Shown here: positions 52,692 through 64,000 of the stretch, in pieces
Layout of the letters: every line of letters starts with the position of its first letter
How positions within the stretch are numbered: position 1 is the stretch's first letter
Source of the DNA: Camelus ferus
Lineage: Eukaryota
Assembly: GCF_009834535.1 (NCBI RefSeq)
Contig: NC_045696.1
Span: 4,466,001 to 4,530,000, forward strand
Direction of reading: 5' to 3'
Length of the DNA stretch: 64,000 nt
Notes under the pieces: generated by a model
Told to the model about the DNA's origin: nothing
The model's database searches: none
The model's input: only the letters and a program-made list of their open reading frames with translations
Made by a program: the position numbers and the translations under genes

Positions 52692-54158
52692 TGTTCAGAG
52701 GAGACCCATCGTCACCAGGCCCATAGAATCGTGCTTGGGTTCCAGCCAAGTTCTGCCTTTAGGGCTGGGTGCTGCAGTGCAAGTTTCTGGGCCTCTCTGA
52801 GCAGAGTCTTCCCGTCTGAAGAATGGGAACGACAGGAACAGCTCTTGTCGCAGGGACAGGAATTGGTCTGGGTGAGCACGTGCAGCACCTGGTACAGAAC
52901 TGGACAGGCCAGTGCTGAGTAAATGCCAGTGATGTACTGAAGAGCCACTAGGTTCATGGTGACAGCAACTCTCACCATGTTAGTAGTAGTTCTAAGTCTG
53001 ATCCTCTCGCCTTTTAAATATCTCCAACCTATGCAAGTGCCTTCATCCCAGGGCCATGGCTTTCACCAGGCCTTAATCATTTCCCTTTGGACTCAGGCTG
53101 ATTTTCTAACGGTCTCCTTGTGTCCTTGAAACCCTCAGGCCATTCTCCACTGTGTCCCTAGGAAGGAATGTTCCCAAAATGTAAATCTGATCGTGTCACT
53201 TCCTGCTTCCTCTCGCCTTTAGGACAAAGTTCAAACACCTCATTGCACCAGTCCTTCTGTTGCCTGTCTCACTTCCTGACATGCTTGCTCCCACACCACA
53301 CACACACCCTTAGCTGGCTGAGCTACATGTGCCAATTACAGCCTCCCAATTATAGAGCTTATCTGATCAAGTGATTATAATTCAGATCCACTAAACTCTG
53401 AGGTTAGTAGGGACTGTGCCAGTTAGTTTTTTTACATACAGCAACTAATCTTAAGTGTACAGCCTGATGAATTTTTATGTGTCTGTGTATTCTTGTAACT
53501 TTCACCCAGACAGAGTCAGACAGGGGGTATTTCAAGCAGCCCAGAGGCACCAGAGTGCCTCTCCCAGTCCACACTTACTCATCTTTAAGCTCCCAGGAGT
53601 CATTAGAGCAACTTGGAGGTAGCAGGTGTGTTCCAAATATTTGTTGAACGTCTCCATCAGTTCACTGGAGGAAGAATTGTATGGGCCACCGCTGACATTC
53701 TTGACTGTCTCTGCCCTTTGCTGTTCTGAGACCAGAGGTGTAATAGTGCCTGACTTCAATTTAATCAAAGCAGCAGCAGGCCAGAATGAGGCTTTATCAA
53801 GTAATAAATTTACTCCAAATGTTTCTGCAGGTCCAGTTGTAGACAGTAATGATTCCATGTAGTTGTTCTCTGTGTAATCCTTATCGAAGCCAGTTCCCTT
53901 ATCTCATTTGATCATCCCAACAATCCTTGAAGATAAGAAGAGCAGGCATGATTATTTCATTTTCCAAAGGGAGAACCTGAGAATCCAGGGTGAATTCCAA
54001 ACTCTCTTGGGCACATACACCACAAATGGCCCTCGGGTCCTCATGGTGCAAGTGAGAAGTGCACTAAGACCCTGGAGTCCCCAACCAAGTCCATGTTCCT
54101 TTCTCTTAGGAAACTCTTCCCATGTCTCTCGTCTTTTGAGTTCAGGCATCTTGGGTCC

Positions 54159-54595
54159 TGTTATGGGTTGAATTGTGTCTCTTCCAAATGATATTGAAAT
54201 CCTAGCCCCCGATATCTCAGATGTGACCTTATTCGGAAGTAGGCTCTTTGCAAGTTGCAGATGTAATCAGTTAAGATGAGGTCACACTGAATTAGGGTGA
54301 GTCCCTCATGAAATATGACTGCTGTTCTTATAAGAAGAAGGGAAGAAGGCAGAGAAACACAGAGGAAGAAGGCCATGTAAAGACAGAGACTGGAGTGATA
54401 CCTCTACAAGCCAGGGAACGCTAAGGACTGCCGGCCACCATCAGAAGCTGGAAGAGGTAGGAAGGATGCTCCCGTGCAGGTTTCACAAGTGTAGCCCTGT
54501 CAAAAGCTTGATTCTGTCCTCCAGAATTGAGACGATAAATTTCTGTTGTGTTAAGTCATCTGGTTTGTGGTAATCAGCCTGAGGACACTAACACA
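54159..54595 (+). mobile_element. MLT1-type MaLR solo LTR
   Basis: TGTTATGGGTTGAATTGTGTC start and ..ACTAACACA end. 5-bp near-TSD GGTCC/GCTCC. Confidence 0.88.
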
Positions 54596-54960
54596 GCTCC
54601 CATTTGGGCAACTCTGTATCCTCTTGGTCAGAATCCACTCCATGCATCAGAAGGGGGGAGCCTTTCCACTTTGTCCACTGATGACCTTGCCACCTGTAAT
54701 GTCCTCCTCACTTGTCCCCATCAACGTGCAACCCTTGGCCCCTCCTCTAGAACGCAGCTCAAATGCCACCTCTTCAGAGATGCTCTTCTTGATTCTGCAA
54801 CAAAAAAGGGAGGAGTAACCGACCATGAAACTTGGATGATGATGCTTCTCAAGTGAGTGTTGTTTCTTATTTGGCATCATTCTGGTGGACACAAAATTAG
54901 CCTCTTTGACTCTGTGTCTCTTCTGCCAGGAAGGCTGACCCAAGCAGAAAGAGGACAGAC

Positions 54961-55012
54961 TGTGTGTGAGTGTTGTGAGTGTGTGTGAGTGTGTGAGTGT
55001 GTGTGTGTGTGT
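54961..55012. repeat. (TG)n/(TGAG) microsatellite
   Basis: Read directly from the sequence. Confidence 0.9.
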
Positions 55013-55959
55013 TGGGGGGAAATTCCACGTGGAATGCTCTCAGGTCAAAGGCTGATCTTTAGGAGGCCAAGATTTACATTAATCAGAAGAACCAAAAATA
55101 AGAATTACATTGTTGGTGGAGGTCATCAAGAGGACCCCACCCCCAGTTGACCCTCAAGCTGGACCCAGGCAATCAGAGGCTGCTTCCTGCCAGCCCCCCA
55201 TCTCATGCCTTTCTGTACTAGGTGCTGCTTCAGGGACGCAACCTTGAGGGAACTAGGTGTTGCGACTGTCTGGACTGGATATGTGACTGAACCCCAGTAA
55301 GTCTTCTTGTAATACACTTTTAAGATTCTAGGGGTGGGTGCAAAGACCTACCTATCTTGAGACACCCAAGACAAGCTTCCTATGTAAGTCCACTTGCTTA
55401 TTACACCTGCCACCTGCCTTCCAGTGTGGCTTCCTCTGTCTTTTCTCTCTCTCTCTGGAGCCAGTCACCCAGGGAACCCCCCAGGTTTCCAACCAACCCA
55501 CGTTAAACCTCCGTATCTCAATAAAGCTGGCTTTTCCTGATGTCTGCTGGGTCAGAGTAGAATGCCCCCTTTCCTTGACTTAGTGTTGCATGTTAACATC
55601 TTAAATGCACTTGCTGGCTCAGCTAAATTGCCATGTGCCCCAGAAGACTTCTCCAAGGGTGACTACGAAGCACTCTGTGTACGTATCACAGAGCAGGCTT
55701 GGCCTTCCGCCTGCATCAGAATCTACATTGCTTTTCACCAGCATTCTCTGTGCGTGTGCCCGGCTTTGGGGACAGCTTCTGGAACAGGAGAGATGCAACA
55801 TCTGATCTCAGGAAGCTCACCATTTTGTGGGATATAAGTACGTTTTTATACTGAAGTATGTTCTAAAAATATTTGCAAGAAGAGAGGTTGGTGCTCTGGT
55901 AGGCCCATTCTAGGTCATTAACCAACTCAGTCTGTGGCAGATGCATTAGAGGGGTAACA

Positions 55960-57257
55960 CAGAGGGCTGGCTTCGTGATGTTACAGACCCTTTTGAGTTG
56001 GGCCCCAACAAGGGCCCTTCGACCCAGTGCCGCTCACACCAACAGAATGAGACTGAGTTGGGTCCAGGAGCAAAGGAAGGTTTTACAACTCCAACAAAGA
56101 ACGGAGTGGTGTGGGCTCTGGCTTTAGAGCACAGGCTCTTGCGAAAGGCGGGGCTGCTTTGCAGGCGAGAGGGGCGGAGTCACTGCAGTCTGCGCATGCG
56201 TGTTTCACGCAAAGTGCAGCCTCTCTGCGCACAGCCGGCCGCCGCCATCTTGGGCTGCGGTGCGGGGTTCCGCGCTTCTCCTCACACGAAGTCGGCCGCG
56301 GTTGTGACGTGTCAGGGATAAGGCGTCTGTATTCGGGACGCTGTCGGCAACTGGATCTCAACTAAGCACAAAAGGTTAGACCTTATCTTATTTCCCAGAC
56401 TCCATCTTATTCCCCGCCCCGGGGACCCCAGAGGGGTGAGAAATGAACTTGCCCTGGAATCACCCCTTCTGAGAAAAGCCGGCCCTTGTGGTTAAGTGCT
56501 CTGTAGTTGCCATCTTGAAATTTTCACTGAATTTTAAAATTAATGTTATCCCTGCATTTCTGGCTCCCGCGCCCTCCTGCCTCCCGTCACCTCCTCAGGA
56601 GGGGCTCTTGGCCGCCCACTTCCCCAGGCCGTGGTGCCCTGGGCCTTGGCCACCTCCACCTCCCCAGCCTGCGGTCACTCCTGCTCCGGGTCGTGCTGCA
56701 GGAGCAGGCTGGGTTCTGCTGTGCCCTCCGCCCGTGCGGGGGGCCTTGGGACCGCACGGGGAGGTTGAGGCTGGGCACGTGAACCAGCGCGGTGTGCCAG
56801 GGCGCAGCCCGGCGGTGCCCGCCCCGCCCCACCCCGCCCTCCCCAGGGCGTACTCCCCAGGCGCCTTGGCCAGGGCCTCCTCCGAGCCAGGGTCAAGTGC
56901 TGCCCAGCACGGAGCCTGCATTCCCTCTGGGATCTCCTGTCCACTGCGTGCTGGGGCTGCAGCCTGCAGGAAGGGGAGACCGACTTCCCCCTCCCGAATG
57001 GTCCACTGGCGGTCATAGATGGGGCCACTGGTGCTTCCCTGAGTCACATCACTCACCCGGGACTATTCCTGTGCCGGAGGCAGCATGGCGTTAAACAGCA
57101 AATAAAAAACACCCTGACAGGTTGGGAGAGACTGAGAAAGAAAGGGAAAGACTTTATACTTTAGCACCTTAAGTGGCACTTTTATCCTTTTTGTGAAAAG
57201 AGCCCCCCTCCCCTTTTCATTTTGCACTGGACCCTGCAAATTATGTAACCGTCCCTG
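55960..57257 (+). mobile_element. MER91/MER115-like hAT-Tip100 element (interrupted by an LTR)
   Basis: Left end CAGAGGGCTGGCTTCGTG. Resumes at about 56463 (..GGTTAAGTGCTCTGTAGTTGCCATCTTGAAATT). Right end TTTTCATTTTGCACTGGACCCTGCAAATTATGTAACCGTCCCTG. Confidence 0.7.
55979..56462 (-). mobile_element. ERVL-like (MER74/MER54-type) solo LTR, CpG-rich
   Basis: TG...CA termini. The minus-strand 3' end ACTCAGTCTCATTCTGTTGG..CCCTTGTTGGGGCCC..GGGTCTGTAACA resembles U5 ends of these LTRs. No TSD was found. Confidence 0.55.
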
Positions 57258-58599
57258 CTGCTAAACTCAGTAATAACCACAGCATCATCTATCACGGTGA
57301 CCACATGCTAGGAATATGTCATCGGACCTTCACAACCGCATTAGGAACCTTGATAATTCTGCATATGAGGATGAGGCCCGAGTAACGTGCACAAGCCCGC
57401 ATTGGGTAAGTGGATAAGCGGTGCTCAGACCCGGAGTGTGTCTGACCCCAGAGCTGGAGTGTCTAACTCCTAAGGCTGAGTGGAGCCTCACAGATGGCTG
57501 GTATGCAGTTAAGAATTTGTGATTCGAATGGATGGGTGGAGGAGACGGATGCGGGAGCAGAAATCACCCGTTACCTGCCTTCCTGGACTGCATTTAGGAA
57601 AGACCAGAGCATGAGCACCCGGGGCAGGCAAAGCCAGAGGACACTGGGGAGTGTGGTATGGCAGGGCTGGGCTGGCCCCTAGTGGGCGGCAGCACGTGAC
57701 CACCTGCAGCTGCAGAGCGATGGCGAGCAGCTCGCAGCAGCATCACTGGCTCAGCTGGCCCTTCCTCATACATGGGGCCTGGCCATCTTGTGCCCAACTC
57801 TGGTAAAACACCATTTTGTTTCTGCCTCACCATTTGCTTTTCCTGTTATTTTGTGAGCTGCTCTAGGTGTGCTGAATCCCCCTTGTACTTGGAGGGGTGC
57901 ATGGAGCTTAGCACGATACCCAGGGCCTTGGAAGCCCACTAATTTCCCATGAGACTGCCCTCCTCCTCAAATGCTTCTCTCAGTCTTTCCCGCCTTGCCT
58001 CTCAAATTCTATGTGGGATCCTAAATTGAGGTGCATTCCAGCCCTGTTGGTCATTATTCTGAAAAGGGATGGAATATGGAAGCATGCCCTTTTTAAAGGT
58101 TGTATTTAAATATTATTATGACTTTAACGACCATACAGAACATTCAGGAAATGTTGTCACATTGGCATTTCACAGTGATGTGAAAGGGGTTATATGTTTG
58201 GAATTACTCAAATTATCAGCAATTTTAATCAGTTTTTTTTTCACCATTCAGAAAGCAAAATTAGAATTGCCTGTGTTTGTAGTCTAGGATGTATCTGAGA
58301 TAATTAAAAATTAGCCGGTGAAACCATAGAGATCTTCATAGTAGCAGCAGGATTTGGAAGCTGCTTTTCCCTCTAGGCAAATGAACTGGACTTTTATGAC
58401 AGTAAATACGAAATCTAAATCTAGCTGTACATTTTATTTAAACTGCTAAGGTTTCATGGTCACCTCTGCTTATCTGGCAACCTTCCGGAATAGTCACCCC
58501 TGGCCATATCTTATTAGCAGCCGGCAAGAAAATAACTAAAAATAATCGGCTGTTGAAATGATTATTTAAGCCTCGAAGAAATGCATCTTGATGACTGTG

Positions 58600-59242
58600 C
58601 GTTGACTGTGTGGTGGCTGCGCTCTCGCCGGTCCTGCCTCCAGTTCGGTTCCACTTATCCGCTGCTGCTTTAAGACTGCAGAGCGCCCCAGCGGCCAGAG
58701 GCAGGGGAGGGGGTCCCCGCTCGCCTCCTCTCCGCTCGCTCCTCGCCCGCCCGCCCGCCTCCCAGGCAGGGAAGGTTAGCGAGGGATCAATGTGATTCGG
58801 GCCGCAGGAGAGGAAAGATGAGCCTGCCCGCCCGCCTGCTGCCTGGATGTGGAGGCTGAGGGCTGGCGCACGGGAGGCCGCTTGCTGCGCATTCGGGGCG
58901 CCGGGTGCCCGGGATGAGCTCACGCCCGCGTCTGCGGCTCTGTCCACCTGCCGACCTGCCGGCGGCCGCCTGAGCTGACGGCGCACCTGGGCTGCAGCCC
59001 CGCCGGCCCGCTCTGGCCGCAGCGTTGGGCGCGGCGCCCGGGAGCAGGTGTGCAGGAGCGCAGCGCGCGGCGAGCGCAGCCCTCGCCCCGGAGCCCGGCC
59101 GCGCCGCGTGCCCGGGCGGCTCGGCAGCGGCGGCGGCGGGCGGGCAGCGGCCCTTGGGCAGGTGGCGAGCGAGCGGAGCCGGGCGGAGCGCGGGGGGCGA
59201 GGCCGGCGCGGCGCTCGCGGGAGGCCGGGGAGCAGCAGGGGC
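58600..59242 (+). promoter_or_regulatory. DSCAM: DSCAM CpG-island promoter and GC-rich 5'UTR
   Basis: Very CpG-dense stretch leading directly into the DSCAM ATG. It has a TATA-like CTTTAAGA near 58668, GCCC/GGC repeats and four upstream ATGs. The exact TSS cannot be seen. Confidence 0.88.
58661..59212 (+). repeat. DSCAM: Copy 2 (native DSCAM) of the duplicated block
   Basis: Same alignment as copy 1, at offset 30730-30731. Confidence 0.97.
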
Positions 59243-59285
59243 ATGTGGATACTGGCTCTCTCCTTGTTCCAGAGCTTCGCGAATG
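59243..59285 (+). CDS. DSCAM: DSCAM coding exon 1 (signal-peptide exon, 43 nt, phase-1 donor)
   Basis: ATG TGG ATA CTG GCT CTC TCC TTG TTC CAG AGC TTC GCG AAT G translates to MWILALSLFQSFAN, the mammalian DSCAM N-terminus as I recall it. It is followed immediately by the donor GTGAGC and preceded by a GC-rich leader. Confidence 0.95.
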
Positions 59286-62200
59286 GTGAGCCTTTCGATT
59301 TGTGATGAATTTCATTTGTACTGACCGGAGTGTAGGGGGATTGGATGCATGGGTGAAGTCTTTCCCTTTCCCTCCTGTCTCTGTGTTGATATTTTCATGC
59401 TTTTATTTTTTAAAAATATTAATCATCTTTATTTGGGGAGGAGAAGAGGCAGTGAAGAGAGGCAGGGGGAAAATTGCTCTGTAATCATTTAAAGGCGCTT
59501 ACCTAGCAAAGTGACAGCTCTGAGCTAACTCCAGTACTACCTCATTCAGAATAAACCAGGTTTGGTGAGAGGAGGAGAGAAGGGAAAGATCGCCACTTTG
59601 ACACATCACAGCCTGAAAGGGTCATGACATTCCAAGTGCAGGCAGGTGGAGGGGTCAGTTGAGAGCGTTTGCCTTCAGATTCAAAGCTTTTTGAGCTTTT
59701 AAAACATGTGCTTAAATTCTGCTACAATTCATCTCCAGCAGCAAGAACGCCTTTAGGAAAGATCTATCCTTCCACCTCCCCCCTCCCAGACCCCCCACCC
59801 TCTTGGTACTACAGAGTCCTCAGTCATCTATGTAAAAATATGCACCGATAAGCATTACATCATCTGAAATGTTGACAAATTCTTTAAAACACCTGTATGG
59901 TTGTAAAAATGAATGTTGTAAATAGCATTCCTTTCCTCATGCCCGTCTAATATTATATCTTGAAATGCTTTCTTCCTGGATATTTGAAAAGCTATTGCTC
60001 TTGACTGAGTCAGATCCAATTAGTAAGTGTGACTGCACCTTCGGTTGCCTGTCACCGCGTAAATATGAACTTGCGTGTATGAATGGCTTCCTCTCATTTG
60101 GGAATGAGAGGAAATTGTCATCATTTGGCATTGCCTGGGAGTAGCTACAGCTTAAATTCCCATTTCAAATTTCGGAACACAAATCTGCATAAAATGTATG
60201 ACTTGCTGACAGTTAAAATTAAACCATTAAGCAGAATCCACTACCCAGAAGGGAGGGGGGATGGGGAGGAGAGAGAGAGAAAGGAAGGAAATCTCGCCCT
60301 TGTGAGAAAATACCAGAAGCCAAGGGGAGGTTGTAAGATTTTCCTGGAAGAGGCACAGGGCAGCTCTAAGTGTCAGCTGCATAGGGGTGCGTTTTCTTTG
60401 CCTATCAAGGTAGTACTTAAAGAATTGACACACTGATGGGCCAGAGGAAATGTATAAACTTTGTAAAATTAAAAAAAAAGATGACTAAGAAAAGATAGCA
60501 CTGCAAGAAGGAAGTCCTGAAATTAACATTAAAATGATACTTTGCTCTCTAATATAACCTAAAGCAAAGTGTTCAAAACTTTTCATTTTGAGATTTCCTA
60601 GCAGGAAAGAATTGCAACAAGTTCTGACATGACACCCATCTTTCCCAGAGGGCACTATACCTCTTCTGCAGCCTCGTGGGAATTTACCTTGGGGGATAGA
60701 TCTGCTTTAGCTAATGTGCAATGATGCATCAGGAAAGTCAGCCCTTTATACTGCTCTGCTAATGTGAACTCAGAGAAAATGTGAAAATGCTCACATACAT
60801 GCCACAAAGCCTTGACGGCCTGTTTTACCTGTCAGGACGTACATCTCCGGACTCCTCAGAAGGGCCTGGATTATAGGATGAAGCATAATTTCCACCCTAT
60901 TGGCAAGTATGTATTTCAGGGAGACGAAAGAGGTTGTGCTTCAGATTGTCAGTCAATTGGTATCTATTTTACAGTTTCCCAGTTACATATGACAGAAATA
61001 GTATGGAAGAATTTCTGGTACAGTCTCTGAAAGGGAGGTACTAAAATGTGTGACTTTTTTTGCAATCAGTTTTACTAAAATAATCATGATAGAATCATGT
61101 ATAGTGAGAAAATCATACAAAACTTCAAATAATCTAGTCTATGGACAGTATGTGCAATGACTAGGTATGTGCATATATACTGAGTCCTATGAGCACTGTC
61201 TTCTTACACCTTTTTCATGACCCTTAAAATTGATTGATAATCACCATTATTGATACTGTAATGGATACAGGTAGATTTCACAGTATGAGATAGATACTGT
61301 ACATGCCAATTAATATTTTACATTGCTCTATTGCATGCTCTAATACTGTCTACCAGAAGGCTATGGTACTCTCTTATATAAAATGGCCTTCTCTTTATAT
61401 GTTCAAGCATTTAAAAAAAAAAAAAAAGGCCTGACTGTAGAGCTTTGGACTCTTTCATTTTGAGGGGGAACTAGCTTTAAAGAGTTTTTCAAGGAATGAT
61501 GTTCAATGCATAGTTTGGAAAGGATCATAAAATGTATAGTCATGTCAAAATCAAATAAGAGTCCAGTTTGGAATGATGCCTGTTCATAGGATGGTATTTC
61601 AAAAATGTGAAATTAAATGGTTCTTACCTATTTGAGCGAGACTTGGAAAAAAAATGGAGGCATTTTCCCCCCAATAACTGTCATATTTTGGTCTTCCTTA
61701 ATTTTGAAAAATTCCTGAATGTGTGTGATAAAAGATCTATGAATTCTAATACCTAAACTGATTACTGCTAGGCCTCAAACATCAAAATGTCTGGTATGAT
61801 AAAACAATCTATTTGTAAAAGATTGTTCAGTTTGATATTTTGGGGTACTAATCAAATAAGGCCACAGTGTATCTGCATTTTTCCTACTGATGTAATGGGA
61901 TGCACCTTTATTTCTTAATGAAAGTATGATTGCTAGATAGGCTGCAGACAGTATGTTGGGTAAAAAAAGCAGAAGTCAGAGAGCAGTCCCTTCATGGGTT
62001 AAATCCTTGATTGAATTACCTCACCTGATCAGGGACAGTCATCATGTTTTAAAGCAGTCAACTTGTCCTGCGATGTTCTGAAAATGCTCTCAGGAGAGCT
62101 TCAGTTGCAGTGCACTGGAATGGGTCTGCACATATGTGCATACACATACTGCAACATTTCCATGGGATGGGATCACAGTGTGTTGTGTGTTATCACAGTT

Positions 62201-64000
62201 TCTCTTGATTTTAACCCCCATGAGCACATTCTCATTTACGATTCTTGTGAAGAGCATAGGTGGGCCTCCAGACACGCAGAACAATGACTAATCAGCAGAC
62301 TTGGTCTATAGAATACATCTGTGCTCTTTCCTGCATCTCTGTTATTATGTACACATGTGTCCCTGACATCTTTCCCTGAGCCGTGCAGTTCTGGGCTTTG
62401 CCGCTGTGCCGTTTTCAGGGAGCCCGTGGAGCTTAGAGAAGCTGGGTGTGAGGAGAGAGAAGGGTGCTCGTCATAGGGAAATTGGGCTGTGTGGCACCTT
62501 TCCGTGTCACCTGTCATCACAGGAAATTACATACTGCAAACTTGTATTTGATTTAAATTTAGGAGCAGATGTTTGTGACTGCAAATGCACCTTGTGGACT
62601 TTAAGGTGATTTTTATTTAATTGGTGTGAATATGTGGAAGTAGAAAAAGGTTATTAGGTGAATAGATTCAGGGCTTCCTCCTCTTTCTCCTTCTCCTATT
62701 TTTATTAAGTAGATTAAAATTCTATCCCTGAGTGACAGGGTTCATCTAAAATTTCTAGGTCTCTTAAGCTGCGTGCCCCTGCAAGATGCCCTCTGTAGGA
62801 AAACAAAATGCCATGCAGACCTTTAATAAATGCCAGCTGATTCTTCTCGACTTATTACTCTCTCCTGGATGCCACTTTAGTGTGACCACAGTTTGTTGCT
62901 GCCTCAGGGAACCAGGGACTCACGGCAGATCTGGTACAATACAGCATGCTGATAGGGGAAATAATTTTGACCAAGGGAAAAAAGCCAATCTAAATCCCTA
63001 ATTCCTGGACTTCCACGTAGCTGTCAGAGTATTTTATCACTGATGTGTCTGGGATGAGGTGTAGTGAGTATTTCGTTAAGAGACCTAATGCAGTAGGCAT
63101 TGAAACCCATGTGAAGGAGAGAGAGGGGGTGGGGAGAGAGAGAAGAAAATAGAGAAGGTCATTTTATAAAGAGAGACCTAAGAACACTGCAGGAGACTAG
63201 AAATTTGTATCTGAAAAAATAAAATGACAGATTTTTCAGTGGATGTATTTACAAAATCTGCGGCATCCCAATGTCACAAAATTAGCTGAATTCTACGGCT
63301 GAGATTATGAATGTGCCTCATAAATAATTAATAGCAGTGAAAATAATACAGTTAGCATTAGGTTAGGCAGAGCACTCAGCAGCCTTTCAGAGGCGGGCAC
63401 GTGGGTTTTCTGGGTTTCCAAGTGTGTTTGGCGGAGCAGGCAGGGAGGCCCCTGGCCTTCCCAGGAGGACGCCGTGTCTGGGCATTTTCTGGGCGCCGCG
63501 CTGCCGCGCATTCTGGCTCTCGGTGACCGGCTCCATCGGAGGCCTGAGAGATAGTGAGGTGGTGCTACCTGCATGTCAATTGTGTCCCTGCTACAGGACA
63601 CTAGTGGGCGGCAAACCTCACAAGACTGGTGCAGCCAGCCTTCAGCAGAGCAGACGAAAGCGCCGCCTCCGAGGAGCAGTGAGCGCACTGCGCCTTCCTC
63701 TCGCGGCTCCTCAAGTTCGCCGGGCCCAGACTCCCAGCTCCCGGAGTTCAGTCCAGTGGGAGCAACGAATGCAAAGGCTATGGCAGGCGAGGCAGGGTCC
63801 GCCGTCTTTGTTTCCAACTTTACAAAGCAGGCCCGTGTTCACCGCAACACACTGAAATCTAGAAGGTGCAGAAAAAGGAACAGACAGTGTCCAGGGCTGG
63901 TGGGCCGCGGAGGGCGCATCGGCCTCCCAGCTTCCAGCTGGCAGGGGAGCCCGGCCTGGGCGTGCGCCTCCTCCCGGCCGAGGTGGCGGCTCCGGAGCAG
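59286..64000 (+). other. DSCAM: DSCAM intron 1 (start; continues beyond the window)
   Basis: Begins with the GTGAGC donor. No exon-2 coding sequence (expected VFSE... continuation) is seen in the remainder of the window. Confidence 0.85.
63380..64000. promoter_or_regulatory. CpG-rich segment in DSCAM intron 1 (runs off the window end)
   Basis: Sharp rise in GC and CpG content after about 4 kb of AT-rich intron. Confidence 0.6.

Noticed and set aside
52380..52922. 180-aa ORF; CRISPR-like periodicity
   Set aside because: Produced by a spacer-less minisatellite and MIR/L2 remnants in mammalian DNA. There are no unique spacers or cas genes.
56488..57094. Overlapping 100-176-aa ORFs
   Set aside because: They lie in the GC-rich body of a MER115-like DNA element and are of low-complexity composition.
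58438..59244. 268-aa minus-strand ORF (and its 206-aa twin at 27939-28559)
   Set aside because: Arg/Pro/Ala/Gly-rich open frames are expected antisense to a very GC-rich island. I recognise no domain, and their shared part simply reflects the DNA duplication.
59048..59305. 85-aa ORF-track call containing MWILALSLFQSFAN
   Set aside because: It starts at a GTG in the 5'UTR and reads into the intron. The real CDS is 59243-59285.
63305..63855. 170-aa and 143-aa ORFs
   Set aside because: GC-rich intronic segment with no DSCAM Ig-domain sequence or other recognisable protein.

Overview
Mammalian, essentially non-coding genomic DNA, probably from a camelid; the species is inferred from five copies of a tRNA-derived SINE resembling Vic-1 and from the young L1 3' ends. 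The only recognisable protein-coding sequence is the first coding exon of DSCAM (59243-59285, MWILALSLFQSFAN + G|gtgag). It follows a CpG-island promoter/5'UTR, and about 4.7 kb of intron 1 comes after it. Positions 1 to ~57500 are transposon-rich upstream DNA containing L1, L2, MIR, MaLR/ERVL/ERV1 LTRs and hAT DNA elements. The standout observation is a second, direct copy of the DSCAM core promoter/5'UTR 30.73 kb upstream (27930-28482 vs 58661-59212). It has 498 bp of perfect identity with degraded edges, stops 30 nt before the DSCAM ATG, and is followed by a different small ORF inside its own CpG island. About 2.2 kb upstream of the DSCAM promoter, a CpG-rich LTR carrying NRF1/YY1/GC-box motifs is nested in a hAT element. 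Repeat family names come from my recollection of consensus sequences, not from a search.
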